Assembly: GCA_900768545.1 (NCBI GenBank)
Contig: CAAGDD010000003.1
Location: forward strand, 4,767 to 68,766
Length of the DNA: 64,000 nt
Reading direction: 5' to 3'
From: Clostridia bacterium
GTDB taxonomy: Bacteria > Bacillota > Clostridia > Christensenellales > UBA1242
Under the pieces are notes generated by a model. It was not told the DNA's origin and ran no database searches. It was given only the letters and a program-made list of their open reading frames with translations. Below, in pieces: positions 17,106 to 25,461 of this stretch (position 1 is the first letter of the stretch; each line of letters starts with the position of its first letter). A program made the position numbers and the translations under genes.

Positions 17106-17447
17106 TTATTTGTTTGCTGTAACGACCACGTCTGCGCCGGTGTTTAACACATTTTTGATAATAACTTGACCAAATTTGGCATCTTTAAGACGCAGTTTTT
17201 CAACTTCATTTACAACATCAAAAATCATACTTTTTGGCACAGCTGCTGTGGTTTTGCAAGCCTTAACGCCTTTTTCAGTCTTGACCGAAGTGGTGACAAC
17301 TCGCTTTGGACATGTCATTTCTTCGCGTCCAAACACAGCACCGCGATTGCAGGTGTTTCCGGTCACTGTGATATTGTCGCCGTCTTTTGTCACAGTCAAA
17401 GCACAGCCAAGTGGGCACATAATGCAAATCATTTCTCTCTTTTCCAT
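17106..17447 (-). CDS. DUF1667 domain protein (third subunit of the clostridial-type glycerol-3-phosphate dehydrogenase operon)
   Basis: 113 aa. The Cys pattern CIMCPLGC...TGNTCNRG is typical of DUF1667. It is the last gene of a tightly packed three-gene operon. Confidence 0.85.
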   Translation of the reverse strand: MEKREMICIMCPLGCALTVTKDGDNITVTGNTCNRGAVFGREEMTCPKRVVTTSVKTEKGVKACKTTAAVPKSMIFDVVNEVEKLRLKDAKFGQVIIKNVLNTGADVVVTANK

Positions 17448-17456
17448 ATCTTTCTC

Positions 17457-18680
17457 CTACTCAACTTCAAGGGTGATTTTGTTTTTTGCACCATTTTTGT
17501 TTATCGAAAGTGTAAGCATTTCGCCAGGCACGCCCGCCATTAAAAACTTTTTGCCCAAAATCACATTTTCACACTTTGCAACAATCGTCTTTTTTACAAC
17601 TTTGTTTTTAAGTCTAAATTTGATATCAACATTTCCTTCGCCTTCATAAATTGTGCTTGGCAAAACATAAGAAAAATCGCTTGTGGCTTCGACACTGATC
17701 GCGTTGCCCCTTTGTGGAAGTTTGTTTTGTGCAAACATGCTCGCAAACTTTCCCGCTAGTTGGGCTTCGAGTGCGACATTATCCACCAAGTCGTGAACAT
17801 GCAAAATGTTGCCGCAAGAGAAAAGCCACTCTTTTTCAGTTTGATAAAATTCGTTTACGACTGCTCCATTTGTCACCCGTGAAATTGGCACAAAGTTTGC
17901 CAAATTCATTTCTGGAATAAGTCCAACTGACAAAATAACTGTATCACATTTCAAAAACTTTTTGGTGCTTTCAATAGGTTTGAAATTTTCGTCGATTTGA
18001 CCATAATAAACGCCTTCGACATGATCTTTCCCGACCACTTCAAAAATTGTTGTGCTAAACATAAGTGGAATATTGAAGTCTTCAAGGCATTGCATAATAT
18101 TTCGACGAAGTCCACTGCTTGTTTTGTTTATTTCAAGCACGGCATGCACTTTTGCACCTTCAAGTGTAAATCTTCTCGCCATAATAAGCCCAATATCGCC
18201 GCTTCCCAAAATGACAACATCTTTGCCGGGGAGTTTTCCGTCAATATTGACCATTTTTTGAGCAGTGCCGGCGGTCAAAATCCCCATTGGACGCGTGCCA
18301 CAAAGATTGATATTTCCCGCTGTGCGTTCGCGGCAGCCCATTGCCAAAACAACTGCTTTTGCGCAGATTGTTTCAACGCCAAGTGCTCCCATAACTTCGA
18401 CTTTTTGGTCTTCGATTTTGGTCACAATGGTGTTTAAATAGACCTTGATATTTTTGTCTTTTTCAACTTCTTTTCTCAGTCTGTGAGCAAACTCTGGGCC
18501 GGTCAATTCTTCTTTAAAAAGGTGAAGTCCAAAGCCATTGTGAATGCATTGATTTAAAATTCCGCCCAAAGTTTCATCTCTTTCAATCAAGATCACTTTT
18601 GAGCCATTTTTCGAAGCAGCAAGTGCCGCAGACATTCCAGCAGGGCCGCCGCCGATTATTAAACACTCTGTCTTAATCAT
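17457..18680 (-). CDS. NAD(P)/FAD-dependent (pyridine nucleotide-disulfide type) oxidoreductase
   Basis: Rossmann motifs IIGGGPAGMSAA and VILGSGDIGL. The ATG at 18680 lies 6 nt after GGGGGA and overlaps the upstream stop by 8 nt; the track start at 18686 is a TTG. Confidence 0.85.
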   Translation of the reverse strand: MIKTECLIIGGGPAGMSAALAASKNGSKVILIERDETLGGILNQCIHNGFGLHLFKEELTGPEFAHRLRKEVEKDKNIKVYLNTIVTKIEDQKVEVMGALGVETICAKAVVLAMGCRERTAGNINLCGTRPMGILTAGTAQKMVNIDGKLPGKDVVILGSGDIGLIMARRFTLEGAKVHAVLEINKTSSGLRRNIMQCLEDFNIPLMFSTTIFEVVGKDHVEGVYYGQIDENFKPIESTKKFLKCDTVILSVGLIPEMNLANFVPISRVTNGAVVNEFYQTEKEWLFSCGNILHVHDLVDNVALEAQLAGKFASMFAQNKLPQRGNAISVEATSDFSYVLPSTIYEGEGNVDIKFRLKNKVVKKTIVAKCENVILGKKFLMAGVPGEMLTLSINKNGAKNKITLEVE

Positions 18681-20100
18681 TTTCAATCCCCCTTATGTCT
18701 GCCACGCAAACTTCACTTCCGCGATTTTCTTTTTTGACATCTTTATAATCAATTTTGCGTTGTTTTGCGATTGCTTGCACAACTTTTGTAAAGCAAAATC
18801 CGCCTTGGCAACGCCCCATTCCTGCGTTTGTGCGACGCTTTACGCCATCGACCGAACAAACTTTGAGCGGTCTATTTAAAGCAAAATTCACATCAGCCAA
18901 GGTGATATCTTCGCACTTGCAAACGATTTTGCAATAATCTTTATTTTCTTGACACAAGCGTTTTTGCTCTGCTTTTGGCTTGTTTTTAAACATTATATAA
19001 GGTTCGATTTTCTTCAAGTTTTCTTTTTCTTTGAGCGAATATCCCAAAAGTTTTGCGACATATTCGCCAATCGCTGGTGCACTTGAAAGCCCCGGTGAGC
19101 AAATGCCCGCAAGGTTTATAAGATTATCAACTTTCTTCGATTTTTCAACAATAAAGTCATCGCCAGAGATAACTCTTACGCCCGAAAATTGTCTAATAGA
19201 ATTTTTGAAATTTATGTTTTTCAAAATCAAACTTGATTTTGTTTTGATATCCAAAAGTCCTTGTGCTGTCGTTTTGGTCGATGTGTCGCTTTCTTCGCTT
19301 GTTGGGCCGACCAAAAAGTTTCCGTCAACTGTCACTGTGACAAGCACCCCTTTGCCGATATTTGTTGGAAGTGGAAAAATTGTGCAAGGAACATCAAAAT
19401 CTTTAACCTTGTCAAACACAAAATATTCGCCGCGTCTAAACTGCAATGGATATTCTTCGCCGCCGACAAGTTTTGAAATTTCGTTGAATCCGCTTCCGGC
19501 ACTATTGACCAAATTTTTCGAAAAATATTGACCTTTTTGAGTGGTCACAACAAAAACACCCTCTTGTTTTTCGATTTTTGTTATATCTTCTTCAAGTGAT
19601 ACTTTTCCACCATTTAAAATCGCTTCGTCTGTGAGTGCAATCGTAAAAAGATATGGACTGACAACATAAGAGTCACGAGCATACAATGCCGTGGTCACGC
19701 AGTCAGCAATATTTGGCACTTTTTGAACAATTTGATCTCTATTCCAAATCTCTGCATAAACACCGTTTTCTTGGGCGCGTTCATAAAGTTTTTTCACTTT
19801 TTCAATATCGTCGCCAACGACAAGCGCTCCGCATTTGTTTAATTTTATGCCAAGACGCTTGCAGATCGCTGGATACATTTTGTTTCCGCGAACATTAAGT
19901 TTGGCTTTGAGCGAATTTGGCTTTGGATCATATCCCGCATGCACGATCCCGCTGTTTGCTTTGCTCGCGCCAGTGGCAACATCGCTCGCTTTGTCTATAA
20001 TCAAACACTTTTTGCCGATGCGGGTGAGTTTGTTGAAAACTGACGCTCCAACAACCCCTGCGCCGATGACAATAGTGTCAAAAACATTTTTCTTTTCCAT
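18673..20100 (-). CDS. FAD-dependent glycerol-3-phosphate dehydrogenase/oxidase-like oxidoreductase with a BFD-like [2Fe-2S] domain
   Basis: N-terminal VIGAGVVGAS FAD fold and a C-terminal motif CKCEDIT...RRTNAGMGRCQGGFC (BFD-like). A GGAGG RBS is present. It is divergent from glpK. Confidence 0.85.
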   Translation of the reverse strand: MEKKNVFDTIVIGAGVVGASVFNKLTRIGKKCLIIDKASDVATGASKANSGIVHAGYDPKPNSLKAKLNVRGNKMYPAICKRLGIKLNKCGALVVGDDIEKVKKLYERAQENGVYAEIWNRDQIVQKVPNIADCVTTALYARDSYVVSPYLFTIALTDEAILNGGKVSLEEDITKIEKQEGVFVVTTQKGQYFSKNLVNSAGSGFNEISKLVGGEEYPLQFRRGEYFVFDKVKDFDVPCTIFPLPTNIGKGVLVTVTVDGNFLVGPTSEESDTSTKTTAQGLLDIKTKSSLILKNINFKNSIRQFSGVRVISGDDFIVEKSKKVDNLINLAGICSPGLSSAPAIGEYVAKLLGYSLKEKENLKKIEPYIMFKNKPKAEQKRLCQENKDYCKIVCKCEDITLADVNFALNRPLKVCSVDGVKRRTNAGMGRCQGGFCFTKVVQAIAKQRKIDYKDVKKENRGSEVCVADIRGIEND

Positions 20101-20251
20101 TTCTCCTCCACTTTAATTTTAATATTTTGTCAATAATATTGTCAAATAAAACAAAAAGTTTTGTAAATTGTTTTAGAATTATTTTCTTTTGTGTTAAAAT
20201 TGAAATGAAAAGAGCTTTAGAATTTGGACTTTTAAAATTGTGAGGTTTTTT

Positions 20252-21706
20252 ATGAGAAAATACATTTTGGGAATTGACGAAGGCACAACTAGCGCACGAA
20301 GCGTTTTGTATGATATCGACCAAAACGAAATTGTTGACATTGTGTCAAAACCTATCAAACAATTTTATCCACATGACGGCTGGGTTGAACAAGACGCCAA
20401 CGAAATTTCGCGAAAAGTTTTGAGCAATTCAAGAGCGTTACTTGCACGAAACTCTGTCACAAAAGACGAACTTCTTGGAATTGGCATAACAAATCAACGC
20501 GAAACTATTGTCGCTTGGAACAAGGAAACTGGCGAGCCAATTTATCACGCAATTGTTTGGCAATGCCGCCGCACAACAGCAGATATCTCAAAACTTTCTG
20601 AAAAGAACAAAAAACTTATCAAACAAAAAACAGGATTGATTGCAAACTCATATTTTAGCGCTTCAAAAATGAAGTGGATTATGGACAATGTCAAAGAAGC
20701 AAAGGCGCTCGCGAAAAAGAACAAACTCTGTTTTGGCACGATCGACTGTTATTTGAATTATAAACTCACAGGAAATTTTTATACTGACACAACAAACGCT
20801 AGCCGAACAATGCTTATGAATTTGAAAACTTTGCAATGGGACGACCAGCTTCTTTCTATGTTTAAAATTCCAAAAAGTGCACTCCCAGAAATTTTGGCAA
20901 GCGACTCTCATTTCGGCAACGCAAAAAAATTGTTTGGAGCACCAATCTGCGCGATGATCGGCGATCAAATGTCAAGTATGTTTGGCCAAGGTGCGATCCA
21001 TTATGGAAACACCAAAGTCACATTTGGCACTGGCGGATTTGTTTTGTGCAATATCGGCAGTGAAAGTGGAAAAAATGTTCCAAACTTGCTCACGACGGTC
21101 GCTGCGACAATCAATGGCAAGACCGAATATGCGATTGAAGGAAGTATTTACAGTGCTTGCAGCGCAGTGAACTGGCTTAAATATTCACTCAATATGTTTG
21201 AAGAAATTGCCGAAACTGGCGAAATGGCAAATTCACTCAAGAGCAACGAAGGCGTTTATCTTGTGCCAGCGTTTACGGGGCTTGGCGCTCCTTATTGGAA
21301 CGACTCGGCAAGAGCAACAATCGTTGGAATGACTTTTGACACAAAGAAAGAGCATATTGTGCGCGCAACGCTTGAAAGTATGGCTTACAACACAAAAGCA
21401 ATTTTTGATGAGCTGAAAAAGACCGGCCACAAATTTAAAATGATAAGCGTTGACGGCGGCGGAAGCAAAAACAAGTTTGTTTTGCAATTTTTAGCAGATA
21501 TGCTCAAACACGATATCGTCAAAAGCAAATTTTCTGAATCAACTGTTTTGGGTGCTGTTTTTGTGGCAATGATTTCTTTGAAAATAATCAAGCCGCAAGA
21601 CATTCAAAAACTCACTGAAAGCAAAAATATTTACAAGCCAAATATGGACAACAAAACAAGAAAACGACTTTATCAAGGTTGGCTTGACGCAATAAAAAAA
21701 GTTTAA
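20252..21706 (+). CDS. glpK: Glycerol kinase
   Basis: MRKYILGIDEGTTSARSVLYD, the FGGY kinase motifs (GITNQRET, WQCRRT) and the length fit GlpK. The ATG at 20252 lies 6 nt after GAGG; the track start at 20240 is a GTG. Confidence 0.95.
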   Translation: MRKYILGIDEGTTSARSVLYDIDQNEIVDIVSKPIKQFYPHDGWVEQDANEISRKVLSNSRALLARNSVTKDELLGIGITNQRETIVAWNKETGEPIYHAIVWQCRRTTADISKLSEKNKKLIKQKTGLIANSYFSASKMKWIMDNVKEAKALAKKNKLCFGTIDCYLNYKLTGNFYTDTTNASRTMLMNLKTLQWDDQLLSMFKIPKSALPEILASDSHFGNAKKLFGAPICAMIGDQMSSMFGQGAIHYGNTKVTFGTGGFVLCNIGSESGKNVPNLLTTVAATINGKTEYAIEGSIYSACSAVNWLKYSLNMFEEIAETGEMANSLKSNEGVYLVPAFTGLGAPYWNDSARATIVGMTFDTKKEHIVRATLESMAYNTKAIFDELKKTGHKFKMISVDGGGSKNKFVLQFLADMLKHDIVKSKFSESTVLGAVFVAMISLKIIKPQDIQKLTESKNIYKPNMDNKTRKRLYQGWLDAIKKV

Positions 21707-21716
21707 AGGAGTGAAA

Positions 21717-22715
21717 ATGGAAGAAGAAAAGAAAACAAAACAAACAAAAAAGATTGAAGAAAAATCTGTAAAAACGCAAAAAACAACAAAAAATGCGTCA
21801 AAAAACGCAAAAAAAATTGAAAAAAGTGAAGAAAACTTTAAAAACATAAAAATTTTGGGATACAATGATTTGAAATTGAACGTTTATGTTTTTGACAAAG
21901 TTGAAAATCCAAAGGCAGTTGTGCTTTTAATTCACGGAATGCAAGAGCACTGTTTGCGTTATCAAAACTTTGCCGAATTTTTAAACAAAAATGGATATAT
22001 CGTTGTGATGAGTGACTTGCGCGGGCACGGCTTGACAGCGATTTCAAAAGACAAACTTGGCTTTGGCGAAAAAGACATTATGAAAGAAACTATCGCCGAT
22101 CAAAAAAATATTGTCGAATATATTAAAGAAAATTACAAACTTCCTATTTATTTGTTCGCCCACTCTTATGGTTCGCTGGCGAGCCAAAATTTGATACAAC
22201 AATGTCCTGACCTTGAAAAAATTGTTTTGTGCGGCACGACAAATGGGTCGAGCATTGTTATGAAACTTGGAAGATTTGTCATCACACTCTTGTCACCTTT
22301 CAAAAAATACGACTCAAAAGGCGGAATTGTTGAGAAACTTTGTGTCGCGTCTTATGGCAAAAAGTTTAAAGACGGGAATTGGCTCACTCGTGATGAAAAG
22401 CAATATGAAAAATATCTCAAAGATGAATATTGCGGCGGGAGTTTTCCATTTTCGTTTTACAAAAGTATGATTGGCGGAATGAAGCACACAAACAAAGGCA
22501 TCGCTTCTGTCAAAGGGCAAAAAGTTTTCTTTATCGCTGGTGATAAAGACCCAGTTGGAGAGAATGGCAAGCAAGTGAAAAAACTTTGGAAACTTTATAA
22601 AAAGCGTGGAGTTGATGCAAAAATTAAACTTTATAAAGATGCTCGACACGAACTTATCAATGAAACTTGCCGCGATGAAGTTTATCAAGATGTTTTAGAT
22701 TTTTATAATAATTAA
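21717..22715 (+). CDS. Alpha/beta hydrolase (lysophospholipase / monoacylglycerol lipase family) with a Lys-rich N-terminal extension
   Basis: HG oxyanion motif LLIHGMQEH, nucleophile elbow AHSYGS, and late D/H residues (GDKDP, ARHE). The ATG at 21717 lies 5 nt after AAAGGAG and 10 nt after the glpK stop. Confidence 0.85.
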   Translation: MEEEKKTKQTKKIEEKSVKTQKTTKNASKNAKKIEKSEENFKNIKILGYNDLKLNVYVFDKVENPKAVVLLIHGMQEHCLRYQNFAEFLNKNGYIVVMSDLRGHGLTAISKDKLGFGEKDIMKETIADQKNIVEYIKENYKLPIYLFAHSYGSLASQNLIQQCPDLEKIVLCGTTNGSSIVMKLGRFVITLLSPFKKYDSKGGIVEKLCVASYGKKFKDGNWLTRDEKQYEKYLKDEYCGGSFPFSFYKSMIGGMKHTNKGIASVKGQKVFFIAGDKDPVGENGKQVKKLWKLYKKRGVDAKIKLYKDARHELINETCRDEVYQDVLDFYNN

Positions 22716-22725
22716 GGAGAATAAT

Positions 22726-23442
22726 ATGGATTGGTTTAAATTTTCAACTTATTTATTTTTGGCGTTGAGCATGGCATGCTGCGTCGCATTTTGTGTTTTG
22801 AGAGCAAAAAAAGCAAATGTCTTGTCGCTCGCTTTTAAAACAATTTCTTCCGTTTTCTTTATTTTGGGCGGGATTTTCGCTTTGAAAGTTTCAAATGTTT
22901 TTGACATCGCCCAACTCTTGATAATTGCGGGGCTTGTGTTTGGACTTGTCGGCGACATCATTTTGGATTTGAAAATAATGTATCCTGAGAAGTCCGACAG
23001 TTACTTCACTTTTGGCACTCTTTCATTTGCATTTGGTCACGTTTTCTATTTTGTTTCTGCTTTGCTTGTTGGAAAAGCAGTCACACCTGACAACATTTGG
23101 TGGTGCTTGCTTGCATCAATCGGCGTTGCAGCAGTGTTGACAACTGCGATCTTTCTTTCTTCAAAAACAATGAAATTGGATTTTGGAAAACATCTTCCAC
23201 TTGTAATCATCTATACAGCAATTTTAACATTTATGGTTTCGTTTACAATTTCAATTGCGATCTTTGCTCCAATCTACTGGATTTTTGCTAGCGGAATGAT
23301 TTGTTTCTTCTTGTCAGACCTTGTGCTTTCGATGCAATATTTTGGCGGAAGAAGCGAAAAAGTTTGGATTTATGTAAATCACATTTTATATTATGTTGCA
23401 CAAATTTTGCTTGCTCTTTCAATCGCTTTGTGCTTTGCATAA
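22726..23442 (+). CDS. YhhN-family membrane protein (lysoplasmalogenase / TMEM86 family)
   Basis: 238-aa polytopic protein with the Asp-containing helices LVFGLVGDIILD and FFLSDLVLS characteristic of YhhN. It starts 10 nt after the hydrolase stop with an AGGAG RBS. Confidence 0.8.
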   Translation: MDWFKFSTYLFLALSMACCVAFCVLRAKKANVLSLAFKTISSVFFILGGIFALKVSNVFDIAQLLIIAGLVFGLVGDIILDLKIMYPEKSDSYFTFGTLSFAFGHVFYFVSALLVGKAVTPDNIWWCLLASIGVAAVLTTAIFLSSKTMKLDFGKHLPLVIIYTAILTFMVSFTISIAIFAPIYWIFASGMICFFLSDLVLSMQYFGGRSEKVWIYVNHILYYVAQILLALSIALCFA

Positions 23443-23463
23443 GTAAAAAATAACAAAAATAAC

Positions 23464-23502
23464 AAAAAAAGATGTAAAAAATACAAAATTTACATCTTTT
23501 TT
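23464..23502. terminator. Bidirectional rho-independent terminator
   Basis: Stem GATGTAAA / TTTACATC with an A-run upstream and a T-run downstream, between the convergent YhhN and tmk genes. Confidence 0.65.
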
Positions 23503-23525
23503 ATTGTTTTTTTTGATTTTAACAA

Positions 23526-24161
23526 TTATTTTGCGATATGGCGTTTGTCAAATTCGGTTTTGATTTTTTCGAAAACTTCGTCAATCGATTTTGACGCATC
23601 GACAACAACAATACGCTTGTCAAACATCTTCGCCAAGGTCAAATAACCTTGTCTAACTTTGTCGTGATAAGCTTTTCCTTTGCTTTCAATTCGGTCAAGT
23701 TTTTTAAGATTTTCATCTTTTTGCTTGCGTTTCATTCCGTCTTCATAAGAAATATCAAGCAAAAATGTCAAGTCTGGCTCTGTGCCATTTACAGCAAAAT
23801 TTGTAACTGATTTTAAGTCGTCAAGATTCAAATTTCCGGCATAGCCTTGATAAACAAAAGATGAGTCATAAAAACGATCCAAAAGCACAACCTTGCCCGC
23901 ATCAAGAGCTGGCTTGACCACCTTTTCATAATGTTGGGCGCGGCTGGCGCTAAAAAGCAAAAATTCGACAGTCGAAGACATATCGCATTTTGAATGAAGC
24001 AAAAGTTCTCTAATCTTTTCACCGACTTCTGTGCCGCCCGGCTCACGAGAAAGAATAAAATCAATATGATTGTCTTCTAAATATTTGGCAAACTTTTTAA
24101 TCTGTGTGCTTTTTCCACACGCTTCACCGCCTTCAAATGTAATTAAATAACCTTTTTTCAT
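23526..24161 (-). CDS. tmk: Thymidylate (dTMP) kinase
   Basis: P-loop ITFEGGEACGKSTQ, the SREPGGT motif and the DRF/Y motif; 211 aa. Confidence 0.95.
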   Translation of the reverse strand: MKKGYLITFEGGEACGKSTQIKKFAKYLEDNHIDFILSREPGGTEVGEKIRELLLHSKCDMSSTVEFLLFSASRAQHYEKVVKPALDAGKVVLLDRFYDSSFVYQGYAGNLNLDDLKSVTNFAVNGTEPDLTFLLDISYEDGMKRKQKDENLKKLDRIESKGKAYHDKVRQGYLTLAKMFDKRIVVVDASKSIDEVFEKIKTEFDKRHIAK

Positions 24162-24181
24162 ATTTTCTCCATAGTTTTACA

Positions 24182-24206
24182 GAAAAAATGTTCGGTCAAC
24201 CGAACA
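24182..24206 (-). terminator. Rho-independent terminator after the oxidoreductase gene
   Basis: Stem GTTCGG / CCGAAC with a 4-nt loop, followed on the minus strand by a T-run. Confidence 0.65.
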
Positions 24207-24212
24207 CTCTTT

Positions 24213-25349
24213 TTATTCGTGATGACAATCACAATGATCGTCGCAACAACAATCATCGTCGCAGCAGTCATATTCCATAACATATTTGTCAAGGCTTTCT
24301 TGTTTATAGAAATTTTCTGGCATATATTCAGTTGTGAAATATCCAGCAGGAGCTGTCAAAACTTCAGGAATTCTGTTTACAACAGTCGCGCAAGTAAGTT
24401 CAACTGTCGATGGGCGTTCGATAACAACTCTTGTGTTTGGCTCGCCTTCGATTGTCCAGTCGTTGCAATCAAATTCAGTCTTGTCATATACTTTTCCAAT
24501 GCATTCGCTTTCGATTGTGATGCCTTCTTTTGTTGTTGTGGTCACAACAGCACTCATTCCGGTGCAAGCACCCTTTGGAATTGTCATTTTCAAAGTGTCA
24601 CTTTTCAAGTTTTTCTTTGCAATTTGTGGAACACATTTTTGAGTTTGGCTCTTGACAGTAAGCCCGAGTTTGCTGCATAGCCAGCCATTTACATTCCACA
24701 TATAACTTGGCAAAAATTTGCCAGATTTGATGATTTTTTTGCGTTCTGCATCAGAAATATCATCAGCACTTGCAACATCTCTTTCAAATTCTTCAACAGA
24801 AAGACCTGCGCCATGAGCACGAGCCAAAGCAATGCCATAATCTTCAACATTGTAACTGCTCTTGCCTTTGATTTTGATAATTTTGTGAGTAGCACCAGCC
24901 AAAACGCTGATCAAATTGCCCCAAAATACATCTTGATAACCACTTCCGCAAATTGTGCATTCGTTTTCAACAGCCAAATCGTTGATCTTTTTGAAAAGTG
25001 TTGGATTACTGTTTTGTGGGAAAAACGCTTCTTCACAAGTTGTGATCGCATTTACTCCACATTTTGCACAAGTGAGAAGAGCATCACCAACATCAGCAAG
25101 CAAACTCATTGTTGTCACCAAAACAACATCAACTTCATTGTTTTTCAAGAAGTTTTCAAACTCGCTGGCGTCTTGAACCTTAACCTTATACTTTTTTCCG
25201 CCACCAATGATCTCGCCGATGTCTTTTCCAATAACATCTTTCGAAATGTCAAACGCTCCCACAATTTTTGCTCCCTTTTCAAACACATATCTCATTGTGT
25301 AAACGCTCATTTTTCCGCAGCCATATTGAACTACTTTAATTTTGTCCAT
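24213..25349 (-). CDS. DapB-N-like NAD(P)-binding oxidoreductase (amine dehydrogenase / 2,4-diaminopentanoate dehydrogenase-like family, tentative) with a Cys/Asp/His-rich C-terminal tail
   Basis: N-terminal Rossmann motif KVVQYGCGKMS and a 378-aa length. AGGAGG RBS. Family assignment rests on overall pattern only. Confidence 0.65.
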   Translation of the reverse strand: MDKIKVVQYGCGKMSVYTMRYVFEKGAKIVGAFDISKDVIGKDIGEIIGGGKKYKVKVQDASEFENFLKNNEVDVVLVTTMSLLADVGDALLTCAKCGVNAITTCEEAFFPQNSNPTLFKKINDLAVENECTICGSGYQDVFWGNLISVLAGATHKIIKIKGKSSYNVEDYGIALARAHGAGLSVEEFERDVASADDISDAERKKIIKSGKFLPSYMWNVNGWLCSKLGLTVKSQTQKCVPQIAKKNLKSDTLKMTIPKGACTGMSAVVTTTTKEGITIESECIGKVYDKTEFDCNDWTIEGEPNTRVVIERPSTVELTCATVVNRIPEVLTAPAGYFTTEYMPENFYKQESLDKYVMEYDCCDDDCCCDDHCDCHHE

Positions 25350-25417
25350 ATAAATCCTCCTTACAAGACAAGTATATTATATTTTGTCCAAAATCCAAAA
25401 CAAAATTCGATTTTTGC

Positions 25418-25455
25418 AAAAAAATAGAAAGCAAAATTTTGCTTTCTATTTTTGT
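25418..25455 (-). terminator. Rho-independent terminator of the giant gene (bidirectional shape)
   Basis: Perfect 26-nt palindrome ATAGAAAGCAAAA/TTTTGCTTTCTAT (25424-25449) flanked by A6 and T5, starting 7 nt after the stop codon. Confidence 0.75.
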
Positions 25456-25461
25456 TTAATG

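Noticed and set aside
24190-24205. GTTCGG-TCAA-CCGAAC palindrome considered as an operator or LexA-like site
   Set aside because: The half-site orientation is opposite to the Cheo box. It sits right after a stop codon and is followed by a T-run on the coding strand, so it behaves as an intrinsic terminator.
1-25461. Mobile elements, prophage, defence systems, toxin-antitoxin pairs and rRNA in the non-giant part
   Set aside because: No transposase, integrase, recombinase, restriction, Cas, Abi or phage structural motifs were recognised. DUF2188 (11191-11418) stands alone without a partner. The gene content is housekeeping or metabolic, with ordinary promoters and terminators.
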